From Spizellomyces punctatus DAOM BR117 (taxonomy: Eukaryota): DNA of 64,000 bases. Made by a program: the position numbers and the translations under genes. This document shows positions 46,373 through 59,285 of this stretch, piece by piece; the first letter of the stretch is position 1; every line of letters starts with the position of its first letter. The stretch lies in NCBI GenBank assembly GCA_000182565.2, contig KQ257450.1, one strand, 5' to 3'. The notes beneath the pieces are model-generated. The model was not told where the DNA came from. It searched no databases and was given only the letters and a program-made list of their open reading frames with translations.

Positions 46373-48765
46373 CTATACAGTCATCATCGTGTCTCTGAGG
46401 GCGTCCCGAGCCGTACGGTCAGTTATGATAGGGAACGCGACAACATTTGCCATACTGGACATTGGAAATTGCGTTACGTGATGTATCAAGACAACAAAGG
46501 GGGAAGGACGGATAACTTACTATAATCCGACGGCGATTGACATTGCTCGTGTCATCATACTAGCAGACAGTCCATGAGAATTGAAATGAAGCGTTTGTCT
46601 TGACCTCAGAAAGTGTCTTACTCTATTCCGAAAGCCGTCCCGCTAGAGGTAGCATCTTTTGCAAGCGCTGCCATCACCCCTCGCACTCCAATGCCACCAG
46701 GTACCAACCAGATAATGCCTTAAAAGCCAGGTTTAGTCAATCGTTTTGCAGCCGTTGAAAACATAGAACTGGCTTGTGATTTTTTCTCCCTCACCTGCCA
46801 AGGTTGCTCCGACCGCAATCTCATTCTTTCGTCGGGCGTAAAGGTTTGCAGCCATAGCAATCGAGAAAGCTGCCATACCCGCGGTAATGTCCTTTTAGGG
46901 CGGCAAAATGAGCTGTGCGTAAATCGTGTGACTTCAACATTATCCTTACGCTGTTGAACCATTGACTCGCAAGCAAACTGACACAGTAGCCTAAGAGGGA
47001 GGCTAAGCTCATATGTGGCCATTGCCACGGATATGCCCGAAGATTGATCATGATGGAAATATTCATCTACTAGAAATAAGCTTCTCGGATTGACTTATAA
47101 CGGTATAAGAGCACTCACCGGAATCCATAGTGGCAGCCGCCAGAAGTCTATGGCGGTTCTTCCTGGTACTGGACATGCATCAATGCCTGAGTCCTCCCAT
47201 GCATCGAAGAGTTCGAATAAGTGAACGGCGATGCGAGACCCGGTAGACAGACCATATCTGGACCGGCAGAAGGTAATGATATGAATCCCGAGATCGCCAT
47301 TACTGCAAGTGTGTCCGGCATCTTACCCAAGTTTAAGTGCTCGGATAAATGCTTGAAACATCCGCACTGATCCGGCCACAGGGTTCGAGCTACCTACCTC
47401 CAGCATACCTAAAGTGCTACAAGACATTTAATGTACTGAGGCATCTCTTGCAGCATGGCACGCTGAACTCACATAGCAGTTCCCGGTAACAGTTGACACA
47501 CCCCACCAAGGCTAACCACTTCGTGGCAAAGGCCCTTTCCCGTACCAGAAATAGCACTCCAGAAACCAAATGGCTCTATGAACCGGGCAATTGCTGCTAC
47601 TGCCATTGCCGCTAATAACTCGACTGCTCCCTCGAGGCCAAACAAATCAGACAAATAGAGGCAAAAGCTTGTGAACGCTCCCAAAAACAATGCTGCTAGT
47701 CCGTCCGCCCAGGAGCCTTTGAATAATAGCACCACGATCACCCCGCTTTGCATTGCCCCTGCCATAATGCGTAAGAAACGGTGATAGTCCCCTGGAGATG
47801 TCATGATAGTCTCCAACTCTGCAAGACAGCAGTCCATGTCCACATCTGATGGTTTCTCAGGTGTTGATGGGCGATCTGGGCGATCCGATACAGGGGCGCG
47901 ACCAAGTTCCACAGCATCAGCTACTCGATTACTGTGTTGTATCGTCATGGACGACACAGACACCTTTCCTTTTTCGCTAGCCGAACTCATCCTGCGTGAG
48001 TTGGACGATCCACCTTTGTTGAATACTCCTAGCTTAGAAGCCCGTCTAGCAAGTTGGTCTACATCGTGTAGTTTTCCGATATGTACAGCGTAACAGTATG
48101 ACAAGTATTGGACCCTGCAGGGATGTCGTGCAGATCCGTCGCCGATAGCGACCATTAAAGTAGTTGGTAAGCAAAATAGTGAGATGGGAATGTTCAACTC
48201 CTCAGCAGCGTGCGCTATTCGGTGTTCTACTCGGTATAATGGTGCACCATAACTGGATAACCCCATCGCCAACCCACATAGCATGTCTGCCTCCCGGCTG
48301 TCGCGGGGTGCGCCTGTTGAGGACCATGGTATAGGAAGTCGGCTAAACGAGGGCGCACTGATTGGGTGAGGAAAGTAGCCTGCGCTGGTGTTGAAGCTAG
48401 CAGATCTGGATACTGGAAACCTCAACGGGTTAGAGTGCTAGGGGCGGGAAACGCGCTAAGCCCGCTTACCCAACCGCGAAGGACGCACCAGACTTCATCA
48501 AAACCTGCTCTAAAAGATTGGATGTTGAAGGCCGTGCACTAAAGGACTTGGACAGCCTTCTACGTAACCCTCCAAATCCTCCCTGGGTTGCGGAAGAGCT
48601 GACAGATGCCGATGAGCCATACTGAGATGGAGCTGGTGTCTTCCTGTGCTCTCTGCTCAGCTCGGTGATATCCCCCAGATTGTCCTCCGCTTCGTCCGCT
48701 TCAGCTACGCTTGCCTCGAGGTCTTCGAGGGGTACGTACACTCGCTCTATATTGGAACGTGGCAT
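46373..48765 (-). CDS. Prm10-like ThrE/DUF1212 membrane protein (putative threonine/serine exporter family), multi-exon
   Basis: LSSYGAPLYRVE, LFCLPT, IGKLHDVDQL, GVCQLLPG, GIIWLVPGGIGVRG and MSIAVGL motifs, with many TM helices. Confidence 0.85.
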
Positions 48766-49005
48766 ACTTGATGCTTGTTAGTCGATATCTAGTTGGGTGT
48801 GAGAGTGACGGATTTTTGGACCAGTAGGTTACTCGTCATTTGATAAGCTATAAATAGTACGGATGCGTAGAACTGACAGTGCCAGTGGGGGTTATGACGA
48901 ATTCCGGAAGAACGAGAGTCTCTTCCAGTCATTGACAACCTTACCAAGAGAACAGTTCTCATAGCTTTAAAAACCAGCTAGACGAATACTGCCTGCTACG
49001 GAAAG

Positions 49006-49764
49006 ATGCGTCATCCTTCTTACCCTTCTCAAAACCTTGATGGAAGCAAAACCAAATCCTATAGCAACCTCTACAGTGGGCCCTCTTCCAATGATCTCTA
49101 CAGGCCGCCATCAACCGGCTCACTTTACAGTGCACCTTCTTCCAATTCCCTTTTCCAAGCTCCTCCAGCGGGCGACAAGCAACAGAGTACTGGCAATCCT
49201 GGACAGCTTGGCGCGGGAAGCTATAATTATTACAAGAGCAGTGGAGGAAATTCCGGATTTGCTGCTGGAGGCAGTTTGCCCAATGTGAATGACCCGGAAG
49301 CTGGTTTGGATAGCGATGAACCCCATCTGGAAAGAGGACGTCGTCCATCCATGCTTCAAGTTTTTGGAAGCGAGCTGAAAAAGAGCTGGGCGAGTCTTGG
49401 AAGTCTAACGGTAATGTGTTCTGATATGCACTTTTACCACTGTTCGGTTGCTAAACTTGAAACACTTCTGAAGGCACAAGCTGCTACTGCTCTTATGGGT
49501 ACGAATAATCCCCTTAGCCGTGAAAGCAGTTCCACTGATATCCTACCTGGGTCTGGATATACTCCTCGCGGGTATGACGAAGAATCCGGTGCGTCGGTGA
49601 ATGCCGGTAACCCCAATCTGGACAGTAATATGCCGGGCGGTCTTTTTTCGTACCTCTCCTCGCCAAGAGGTTCCATTGTGGCAACGGATCAGCACATCCT
49701 TCCTCGCCATACTAGTAGTCGTCAACAAGCAGCGGGAAGAAAACAGAGCATTTTGCCCTCCTGA
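49006..49764 (+). CDS. Hypothetical low-complexity Ser/Gly-rich protein
   Basis: 252-codon ORF with an upstream TATA-like element (ctataaatag, ~48849) and PKA-like RRPS/RKQS motifs. No family recognised; may contain an intron near 49411. Confidence 0.5.
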   Translation: MRHPSYPSQNLDGSKTKSYSNLYSGPSSNDLYRPPSTGSLYSAPSSNSLFQAPPAGDKQQSTGNPGQLGAGSYNYYKSSGGNSGFAAGGSLPNVNDPEAGLDSDEPHLERGRRPSMLQVFGSELKKSWASLGSLTVMCSDMHFYHCSVAKLETLLKAQAATALMGTNNPLSRESSSTDILPGSGYTPRGYDEESGASVNAGNPNLDSNMPGGLFSYLSSPRGSIVATDQHILPRHTSSRQQAAGRKQSILPS

Positions 49765-49971
49765 ATATCGGTGTAAAGAGTGTCAATTTTCGTGCATGTA
49801 TATCAATTGACATTTGGGGTTATATACCAGACTGCTGGCATTGAGACATGATACCCATACGGCTGATAAATAGGAGCTTCTACACAATTGTTTTTTGTGA
49901 TGGGTTCATGTTTGTTATGTTGTAAAGAAGTGCCCTATAAGTTATCACACGTGTTCTATATTCACCATGCG

Positions 49972-51442
49972 TTATTTCCGTACGTCCAAAACCCGCAGCT
50001 TGTCCTTGAAATCATCCCAATCCACATATGCCCCTTTCAGATGCCTATCGCCTGACGCAGCGTCGAACTCAGCGCGCCCGTGCAGTACTCTTCTATTTGC
50101 GAAAATTACGCAATCTCCAGGTTGCAGCAGCATCCTGTACGTCAATTTTGGGTCACGCAGTATTTCCTCAAACTTGGCAAAAGCTTTGTAGAAAGGTCCC
50201 ACCAAGTGCTCTTCTGCTTCAAGCGGACCTTGGAAAGGAGGGGCATAATAGACCATCCTTTGCTCGTTTAAGTCGTCTTCGACAATCGTGGGACGTCGGA
50301 AATGCATGTGGTGCCCGTCATTAATATAATGAAAAGTAACCGGGACCTGCGTGAGTACGCTATAGTCCTCCGGATGCATTGTCTTAAGAATCTCAACGGC
50401 TTTGAAGGAATCAAGAAAGATGGATTCACCGCCGGTCACCGAGTTTTTGAGACAGTGAAGGAACTGGAGACCTGGCGGCGCTTCAAAGTACCTAAGAAAG
50501 ACCACAGACAAAATCATCAGGATTTTCGCTTGATGACCACTTGGGAAAACAACAATCGTACATGAGATCCATGTGAAGCCCTAAATCCAATGATGTGTAT
50601 GCGATATTCTTGGCATCTGGAATACTTTTCACGTCCCAGGAAGTCCCATAAAATGTCTCACGAATACACCCAAACCTCCGTCCGATATTCTCCACCTCCT
50701 TATCCTTCGTCGGGGCATTCCGAATAAAGCATAATCCGTAATCCCGAAGTTCCTCCAAAGCTTTCCGGAGTCCGTCATTAGAAGAGATAAAATGTTGATA
50801 GTCCACCGAGCGCTTCCTCTGATCATACATATCGCCATCCCAGTATACAGGTTTGAAGAGTGCGTTGCGTCGTTGGCGGACCGCCTGAGGGGAATAATCT
50901 TGCTTCTGAAGCCAAGCAACATCCACTACACTTGTGTGGGCTTCAGAACGAGATCTGTGATTTGCATGGGGGCGGAGACTTCCGCTTGGCCACTTGATTT
51001 CAAGGTGCGGACCATTCCCACCTTCGACTATCGAGATAGACTCGGGCTTAATGGAAAGGGCAACATCCCCGGAAGAATGCAATTTTTGACGATTTGAAGG
51101 GTGGACGCACAGTGGGCATTGACAGTTATCTCTTAACCAAGAATAGTTAAATTTACTACACGAGGGTGAGGCCGAAGGACCCCACTGAATTTCAATGTGA
51201 GTGTCCTTGCGGTCAACCTTGATCTTGCTTGCTATTGTAGAGTGGAATGTGCGAATACCATGTTGATGCTGCAAAACAAAAAGAAGGTAAATACGGGACG
51301 GTTCCTTTCCGCAATACTGGAGCAGACTTTTAACACGCACGATGAATTGTCCATGTCGTAGCGCACCGCACAGGAGGACGCTCGCCTTGGTCAATCGCTT
51401 CAGCATGCTGTCGGTGGATGAACGGAGCGCGGGAATGGCCAC
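49972..51442 (-). CDS. Gamma-butyrobetaine dioxygenase-like Fe(II)/2-oxoglutarate dioxygenase (BBOX/TMLH/Aim17 family), mitochondrial
   Basis: Zn-binding WLRDNCQCPLC..NRQKL, NIAYT.L.LGLHMDL/YFEAPPGLQFLHCL (HxD), NRRVLHGR and RHLKGAYVD. Confidence 0.9.
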
Positions 51443-51759
51443 CGCGTGCTCTACTCTCCCGTGGTTTGATTTTCAATGAAAGCTGTAAGATGTGCTCCTT
51501 TGTATATACCAATCCAATTACTGGACAATTCACACTATAGCTGTTTCCTTTGAATCGTTTCTATATTATCGGGCATTGTTGTATTGCATAATTAGAGCTG
51601 CGGATGTGCATCCTAATCCTACAGAAACATCCCGTCCTTGCCCATGTTAGCTAACAATTTCAGCCTAACAGTTGATGTGCTTCTTTAGCTATCTGACGAA
51701 TGACTGGAGCGTCCGCCGAGCCAGTGGCATCCAACTCCATGATGCTGCCTTCGTCATGT

Positions 51760-52930
51760 GGAAGCACGCGATTAAAGGCTCCGATTGTAGCGGAGACCAT
51801 GAGGATGATAGATTGCTGTATCTGCTTGCGACAGGAGCGTCCACGGCGGCAGTTGCTTCATCCACTACCTTGGCCACGCAGTCCAGCTGACGTTGACCTA
51901 CTGGAAGCTTGCTGCCGCCTTCTACAACCGGAGCATCGAGTTTTCTGGACAGTGACGACACGTAATCTTTAAACCCTACCACATCGTCTGTGCATATGTA
52001 TTGTATGCTAGCTTCCCGCGAATGGTGCTGATAAACACGATGACTCCTGCCAAATCATTTGGTATGATCGCAGCGTCTTCAAACCTAGTAAAGCTCAATC
52101 GCGATGGTCAACCCCATTACTGACGTCGGACGTTTGAATAATGCGAAAGGGCGGTGACGAGAGTTGACTTTCTCAAACCAGTGCAACCCACAATGCCAAA
52201 GATTTTCGCGAGGTTTTATTTCAGCGGCAAATCCGACTCTTACATCGCACCCATGGAGTGCCCTGAACGCAATCTCGCCTGCTGAGGGCCAGAACTGTTT
52301 AGGGAATCATCTCGAGTGGCAGCAAAAACCACAGCCGAGTGGCTTTGTACAAGATCGACTTCATTGTCGACAGGAGCCTTTACTCTCTCGGCCGAAACTC
52401 GACTGGTAATAACGGAGCAGGGCAGTCTAAATGATACCTAGGACTGTATAGAGTGCTGATGTTGAACAGAAGAGACAGGACGGCGCTTGAGAAGTGCCCC
52501 TCTGCCTGGTGTAGCAAGTATTTAAGATGGCCTCCTTGTACTCAAATACGCATGGATTTCTCCGTTTTCATCCGGGTTTTAAGATGAGTAGTCTTTGCAA
52601 TACGCCTATGGCCAACTCTCCTCCTCGTGTAGAGCACATGGAGCATATTCCAAAATGTTCCCGCAACCGTCGTAAACCAGCACGTTGAGATGCTGCACGC
52701 AAAAGTAGCGTGTGCGGTCTTTGTTCTGAATAACATTGCCGTCCTGGATACATACTTGTATGCAAAACGACGTCGTATTGTCCGCGGAGAACTGTTAGTT
52801 ATTTTCATGCACAGATTTGCAGCTGGTAGAAGACACTGTAAGCACTCCTAGTTGTGATTCTTATCATGGGCTGTTCCATCATATCCTTTAATAGCGACCT
52901 TGGCCTCTCCTCGTTGACCAGGATATCTAC
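51760..52930 (-). pseudogene. Decayed ABCC (MRP/Ycf1-type) transporter fragment: NBD2 and possibly part of TMD2
   Basis: Frameshifted pieces WPSAGEIAF, GIVGCTGLRKSTLVTAL (broken Walker A), GLKTLR, LDAPVVEGGSKLPVGQRQL (signature motif) and VDEATAAVD (Walker B). Best supported between 51850 and 52290; outer limits uncertain. Confidence 0.75.
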
Positions 52931-53058
52931 TCCGGACATGCAAGACATTTAATGCCATAATCCATCGGTCACGGGCTTCGGACAAGGTGATGAGTCAACT
53001 GTCGTGTGCGAACCTTCTTGAACAATTCCTTTCAATTCTCAGTCGCTACCTATAGAAC

Positions 53059-53970
53059 ATGGCAGTCGACGCAAGCAAAAAGCTGTCCGCAGAAGAATAC
53101 GATAAGCTCAGTGAAGCTGATCGGGAGGCGTATGACAAGGCAAGAAAAGAAAAGGAAGATGCAGAACAAGCAAGTCTGTTGGTATTGTTTAACGAAGATG
53201 TCATGACATCTCCCTAACGCCCGTTTGATATCGCTCTAAACAGGTCTTCCATACACTTGGAAGCAGACCCTGCAGGAGGTCGACATTACTGTACAGGTAC
53301 CAAAGGGCATCAAGGGGCGAGAACTCAACGTGCTCATCCAGAAGCGACGACTGAAAGCGGGTTTGAAGGGCCAGGATCCTATCCTGGAGGTAAATAGTTG
53401 TCAACTTCGTGCTCTGTCCTTGCCTCAGCCAACGAAAACCAATAGGGAGAATTATGTAATGACATCAAAGTAGACGATAGCACATGGACTTTGGGTATGA
53501 CTTGCGAGCTCGACTCTGAACTGACAATGCATGTCTCACTCCTGACTACACGTACAGATAATGGTGAACTCTTGATACATCTGGAGAAAGTAAATCAGAT
53601 GGAATGGTGGAAGAACGTGTTAACACACCACCCGGAGATCGATACGACCAAGATCCAGCCGGAGAATTCTAAATTGTCGGATTTAGATGGAGAGACCAGG
53701 GCAATGGTGGAAAAGATGATGGTAGATAGTCAAATGCCGCTTGATTGGTACCGTCCCTTTCGCTGAAGTGTCTACCTTGGTGCCAGTTTGATCAGCAGCA
53801 GAAGCAAATGGGAAAGCCAACCAGCGATGAAAGAAAAAAAGCGGAGATGCTAAAGAAATTCCAGGAACAAGTGCGTGAATGATGTTTTGCTGCAACAGCG
53901 TCATTTGTGGCTAACTAGAGCCCTGAATTAGCATCCCGAAATGGACTTTAGCAATGCAAAGTTCAGCTGA
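53059..53970 (+). CDS. NUDC: Nuclear movement protein NudC (CS domain)
   Basis: [58 protein letters not shown] and [11 protein letters not shown]. Confidence 0.95.
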
Positions 53971-54170
53971 TCGTCGGGCGCAATACTGGGATCCATTGTA
54001 TATGAATCTTCCTGGAAATTGTAAAGCAAGTGAAACGAATTTGAAAACCACATGGTTTGCCCCGAGAGCAAAACTCTTACGAAAACATCGTCGATGTGCA
54101 AGGGATGAATATTCAATACTAACGAAAGATCTAAAATGCATAAATTACAAAAGACTACATAGTTGCCTAT

Positions 54171-55367
54171 TTACAAGAAATCGCGCTTCTTCGCGGTGCG
54201 TTGATATGGTCTAAACACCCATTCGGTGTCTGCCTCCGTGATATCCACTGTTCCCAGCTTGATTTCGTATACTAAACATGATGCATCCAGTTAGCTTCAT
54301 TGCTTTCATGATGGGTACAGAAGTATACGTACATCGCATCTCAAAACGAGGTCCAACCTCAGCCAATTGGACTTCGTTCCCGATTTTATGGTAGACATGA
54401 TGTCTGAATGATATAAAGTCGCTCTCATTCGCAAAAGTCATTACACGCTTGCTGTCCTCCTTCGGGACTGGGAATAGATATTTCAAGATGTTTTGCGCCT
54501 AATGCAATAACGCGTGAGCACGCCGTCCTGTCCATATTCGAGGATAAGCCAAGAACGTACCCGATTTCCCAGCTTCGAGTTGAAGTTGTGAAATATTAAA
54601 TGTGGATACTGTTCGGACACTGTGCCCCTGTCCGCGATATCATGGCGCAAGACGACGTTGTGAAGGGTAAAGAAAGCGGTTGGACCATATGGAAAGTGGC
54701 ACACCACCATACCATCTACAGAACAGGATACTCAGTAGCGGAACTATAGAGAACAGGTCATCAGTTTCACAGACCTGGTTGGCCCCTGTGCTCATGCAGA
54801 ATGATGAGATCCGTAGCGTCATTGCTGCGACAGGCGTCAACAATTTCTTTCAGTACGTAATTACCACGATTGATTCGTTGCGAATTCGGAAACATTAGGC
54901 GCATTTCCTTTGCAAACTGTTGCAGACGACTGCTTGGGTCGCGGGAAGTTGTAATAAGAATTTTGGGATCGTGGACGCCGGCCTGGGCATACTCGTCATC
55001 GATGTGGTTTGTAGGCACTGTAGATGGATGTCAATTCCTACCACTAGCAGTGGAGTTAAAGTTTCCTATAATACACTGACCATTCTGGTTCTCGTCATAC
55101 TGCAGTTCTTTCCTCAACTCTTCAGCTTCCTGTCGTAAAGACCCTGATAATGGCTTCCCCGCTAAAGCACAAGAGATCAAGACCAGTCAGTCTCAATGCC
55201 GACACTATCTCATACACAAATCAAACTATTATGGCACTGGTTTGGTATAACCTACACTCCAAAGCCTCTCGTAGCTCTTGTTTACGCTCATATATTTGCC
55301 GATCTTTCGTTTCCAGAGCTTTACGGTACAGGTACTCCCTCCGCATTCGAGTTTGTCTACGGATCAT
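54171..55367 (-). CDS. IMP4: U3 snoRNP protein Imp4 (Brix domain)
   Basis: [67 protein letters not shown] and EVGPRFEMR. Confidence 0.95.
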
Positions 55368-55653
55368 ATTGCAGGTTCGACTTCTATAACCACGGAGATA
55401 CAATATATAGAGGCGGATTGGAGGTCTCTTTCACGATAAGGGTTGGCCGTTACAGGCCCGTACAATGTCAACTAAAAAAAGAAAATGACGCTGGTGGACG
55501 GACGTTGAACAATCATCGGCAACAAGAAATATAACCAAAATTACGTGAGCATCTTTTGGTTCCATCCACAATGTGGCACAGCGTTGTCCGAAATCCGACC
55601 ATTGTTCCTTCCTCCTCTTCACAGATCTCGTGAACCTGGTAGGCATTGGAAAG

Positions 55654-57723
55654 ATGGTCCAAACAACGTGCCAAAATGGTACCACGCCGGTTCGACGGAG
55701 TGCTCGCCGTCGATCATATAAGAACCTACAAGAAAGGTTAGAGAGGTTGGCCGACGAGATGGAGACTGACGATGAAGATAAGGTGAGCATAGCGGTTTCC
55801 AAAATCCACTTGTACGTGATAGAATCTCAATGCCCAAACTTAGGACTTTTCGCCACCGAAGGAAGATCTTAGAGATGAAATCCTAACCGACGATGATGCC
55901 TTGGAGGATACCGAACAAAAGGGCAGAAAAACAAGAGGAAGTAAAAGTGTGGCAACGCCTCGGAAACGAGCGCGACAAGTCAGCAGCACCCGCACACCAT
56001 CAAAGTTGTACACGCCGAGAAATAAAGTCGGAACTCGTACACCTTCATCGCGCATCCCAAACACACCCACCCTGGGATCTGGGCGGTACGTGATGTTTCG
56101 CGCATATGATCGTACCATAGGAGCTATTCATATCTGACCGGGCCATTAGAAGGTGGAAACTCTCTGCGACTCCTCTTCCAGAAAGATTGCAGGAACGGAG
56201 TACACCACGATCCGAGTTTGAAAAAGCTCGGGAGCGATTACACGTTTCAGTCGTTCCCGATGCTTTACCCTGTCGAGAAACAGAGTTTGCGGAAATATAC
56301 GGTCACGTTGAGAGTGCTATCAACGAAGGAACGGGCTGCTGTGTGTGTATGTAAGTCAGTTGATGTGATGAAGTTGATCTATAAGAGTTAATGCATTTGC
56401 GGATAGATATATCTGGTGTTCCGGGGACAGGGAAGACTGCCACGGTGCACCGGGTTATGCGCGCTTTGAGCGAGGCAGCAGAACAAGAGGTGTTAAGCAT
56501 TGTGTCTGTTATTCTCAGTAAGAACTGCCCGAGCTGACTGCATTTCATTGAAGGAAATCCCACCATTTCAATTTGTTGAAATCAACGGCATGAAGCTGAC
56601 CGAACCATCACAGTCATATTCGCTACTTTTGGAAGTTCTAACGGGCCAAAAATTCAGCGCTGCACATGCCGGGAATCTTTTAGAGAAGCGATTCAACACA
56701 GCGTCACCAGATCGACAGTCTGTGTAGGTTGCAATCGCTTTACATTGACATTTATTTTTATATGGTACTAACCTGTCATGATGCGTGTTTAGCGTTGTGC
56801 TAATGGACGAACTGGACCTTCTTGTAACAAAGAATCAGACGGTTATGTACAACTTCTTCAATTGGCCGAATCTCGCTCATTCTCGACTGATTGTGGTAGC
56901 GGTTGCAAATACTATGGACCTTCCTGAGCGAATGCTGACCAATAGGGTCTCTAGTCGACTGGGTACTGGACATTCTATCATATCTGCAGGGTTGTGTTAA
57001 CTTGCTAACCGTGGTGATCATGTAGGGCTGACGCGAATAAATTTTCAACCGTACACCCATCAGCAACTGATTGAAATTGTCCAATCCCGCTTGGAACGAG
57101 TCCGATGCTTCGAAAAAGACGCCATCGTACTTTGCGCCAGAAAGGTCGGCGCTATATCCGGGGATGCAAGAAGGGCGCTCGACATTTGTCGAAGAGGGGT
57201 GGAGATATTGGAGGCTACACTACGAGATGCGGAAGCTGCTGGCAAGCCATTGGACCAGAAAATGGTTACGATGGCGGTCATTGACCGCGCAGTGAAGGAG
57301 ATGTTTGCGTCGCCGGCTGTTCAGTCTGTGCAGAGAGCTAGTACCCATCAGCGGTTATTCTTGGTTGCAATTGTTCGAAATGTTAGAAGGGGGGGAACAG
57401 CGGAAGTAGAGTATGGACAGGTGAGTGTCACTACGAAGAGATGGTCGTAGTTCCCATTCATGAAGCTCAATGACCTTTTTCACGGTACATAGGTAGCGGA
57501 TGAACACATCCGATTATGCAAACTCGGGAACATCCAGAATCCAAATCCATCAGATCTCATTGCTGTGTGCGCGCAGTTGGCAACATGCCGGCTTTTGCTT
57601 GTGGAAATGAGTCGCGCAGGTGATCGACGCCAACGAATTCGACTCAATGTTAACGAAGAGGACGTGATCACAGCCGTACGGAATGGGGGGGAAGAATGGC
57701 TTCGGAGACTAGTTGAAGCCTGA
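55654..57723 (+). CDS. ORC1: Origin recognition complex subunit 1 (AAA+ and winged helix; no BAH domain visible)
   Basis: [21 protein letters not shown], Walker [24 protein letters not shown], Walker [30 protein letters not shown] and [13 protein letters not shown]. Confidence 0.93.
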
Positions 57724-58166
57724 AATTAAGAACGAGTTGGTATTATAGGATAAGAAGGCACAGCTAGCTGTGCAACTACTGTTGACTGTGGTTAAAATAT
57801 TTGTAGCATATGATTTCTTTTAATGTAAATACATTTTGGCTATTTTGAAAGAGCAGACCAAGATAAAGGATAAAAAATTGAGTGAATGCGTCACATTGAT
57901 GAATAATTCAAAGCAGTTGAACATAAGATGCATGCGGCTACCGAATCACTTCTTCCCCATGCCCCAACACTCTCCACTTATGCTTGAAATCTAATGTCAT
58001 ATGATATACGTCCCGCAGGACAGACGTGAAACCAGAAAGTGGCCGTTGGAGGATCTCCGTAGAATAACGAAATTTGTGCAGGATGAAGGTTATCGCAGCC
58101 GTAGCGTGCACGAATTACGATGACCTCGGATATCTTTCTCCCATCACATGAATCCATTGGCTAAAA

Positions 58167-59285
58167 CTAATCAGAGCTTGATTGCCGCTTCCTCCTGGAC
58201 AAAGGCGGTGTCGTCCTCAAGCCCAACACCTCCGCTGCCTTTTCATTTGCGACCTCCACCAACCCCAGCTTCCTAATTGCCTTTCCAGTGACTCCCGCAG
58301 GTGGTAACCCCAGCAATTTGGAAGACTTGACGTTGGGTGCAACAGGGGGATCGAAGACCAAAACTTTTTCGCTTCCTGGTTGCGACACGAGATCCGATTT
58401 CATTACCGCATCCCCGCTTGGTGGGCCGGTGGTTCGCTGGCCGTAGGTGATTTTGCGGTACACCATGCGCATGAGAAGGGCGAACCAGTAGAATTGGAGC
58501 GCACCGTGGGCATACGCGAGGACGGGAAGGAGGTAGAAAATGGGAATAGGGAGGCCTTGATTCGTCGCCACGGGTGCGAAATACCGCAAATGGGTCTGCA
58601 TGTGCCATAATATCCAAATGTTCCCCAATACCCTACTGATAAAGAATCCAATCACAAAAGCCGCTTCGTTCAACTTGTACGCATTCCCTGTCTTCCAACC
58701 CCTCTCAGCCATCAGAAATCGCACATTCAAGAACGGTGTAGTGATTTCATTATTAAGGAGCAGGCCCATGTAGAATGTTCCATAGTGGTATGTCACGCCG
58801 AGATAATATGCAACAATGATGACGGCGTGGTGGATGAACATGGATGTGACCGGCGCCGAGGTGAGCGATTGATTTGCAAGAACGAGAAAGCGGTAGTAAC
58901 AGAGTCGGAGGAGATCAAAGAGGAGATAGCCGAGCGTGACGCCGAGGTAAAAATCACACACGTTCGAGCGGAGATACCCATAGTCCTCTGGCCGAACCAA
59001 CAGGTGCTTTTCCGCAATGACCCAATGCACACACCCACAACAAGCAAGCAAAGCATGCACGATTGATACAGTCCTATTCGCCCATTCTTCTACTGACTGT
59101 GGGGAAGCTGTGAGCGGCAGGAAAGGGAGAGAGTATGGTGCTGTCGGCGTTAGAAGTCTCCGGGCAACCTTGTAGGCAATAAAGAAAAGAGAAGCCCAGG
59201 AGACGACGAGGTGGGGAAAAGCAAGGCTAGGATTCGTGATCGTCGAGTGCTGATAGCGGTCAACAGTGGAAAGAAGTTGGAGCAT
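58167..59285 (-). CDS. TLC (TRAM/LAG1/CLN8) domain membrane protein, TMEM56/TLCD4-like; intronless
   Basis: W.NR.VS.VHA, GYLLFDL, MFIHH, EITTPFLNVRF, F..FFISR and Q.YWF motifs. Confidence 0.85.
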   Translation of the reverse strand: MLQLLSTVDRYQHSTITNPSLAFPHLVVSWASLFFIAYKVARRLLTPTAPYSLPFLPLTASPQSVEEWANRTVSIVHALLACCGCVHWVIAEKHLLVRPEDYGYLRSNVCDFYLGVTLGYLLFDLLRLCYYRFLVLANQSLTSAPVTSMFIHHAVIIVAYYLGVTYHYGTFYMGLLLNNEITTPFLNVRFLMAERGWKTGNAYKLNEAAFVIGFFISRVLGNIWILWHMQTHLRYFAPVATNQGLPIPIFYLLPVLAYAHGALQFYWFALLMRMVYRKITYGQRTTGPPSGDAVMKSDLVSQPGSEKVLVFDPPVAPNVKSSKLLGLPPAGVTGKAIRKLGLVEVANEKAAEVLGLRTTPPLSRRKRQSSSD

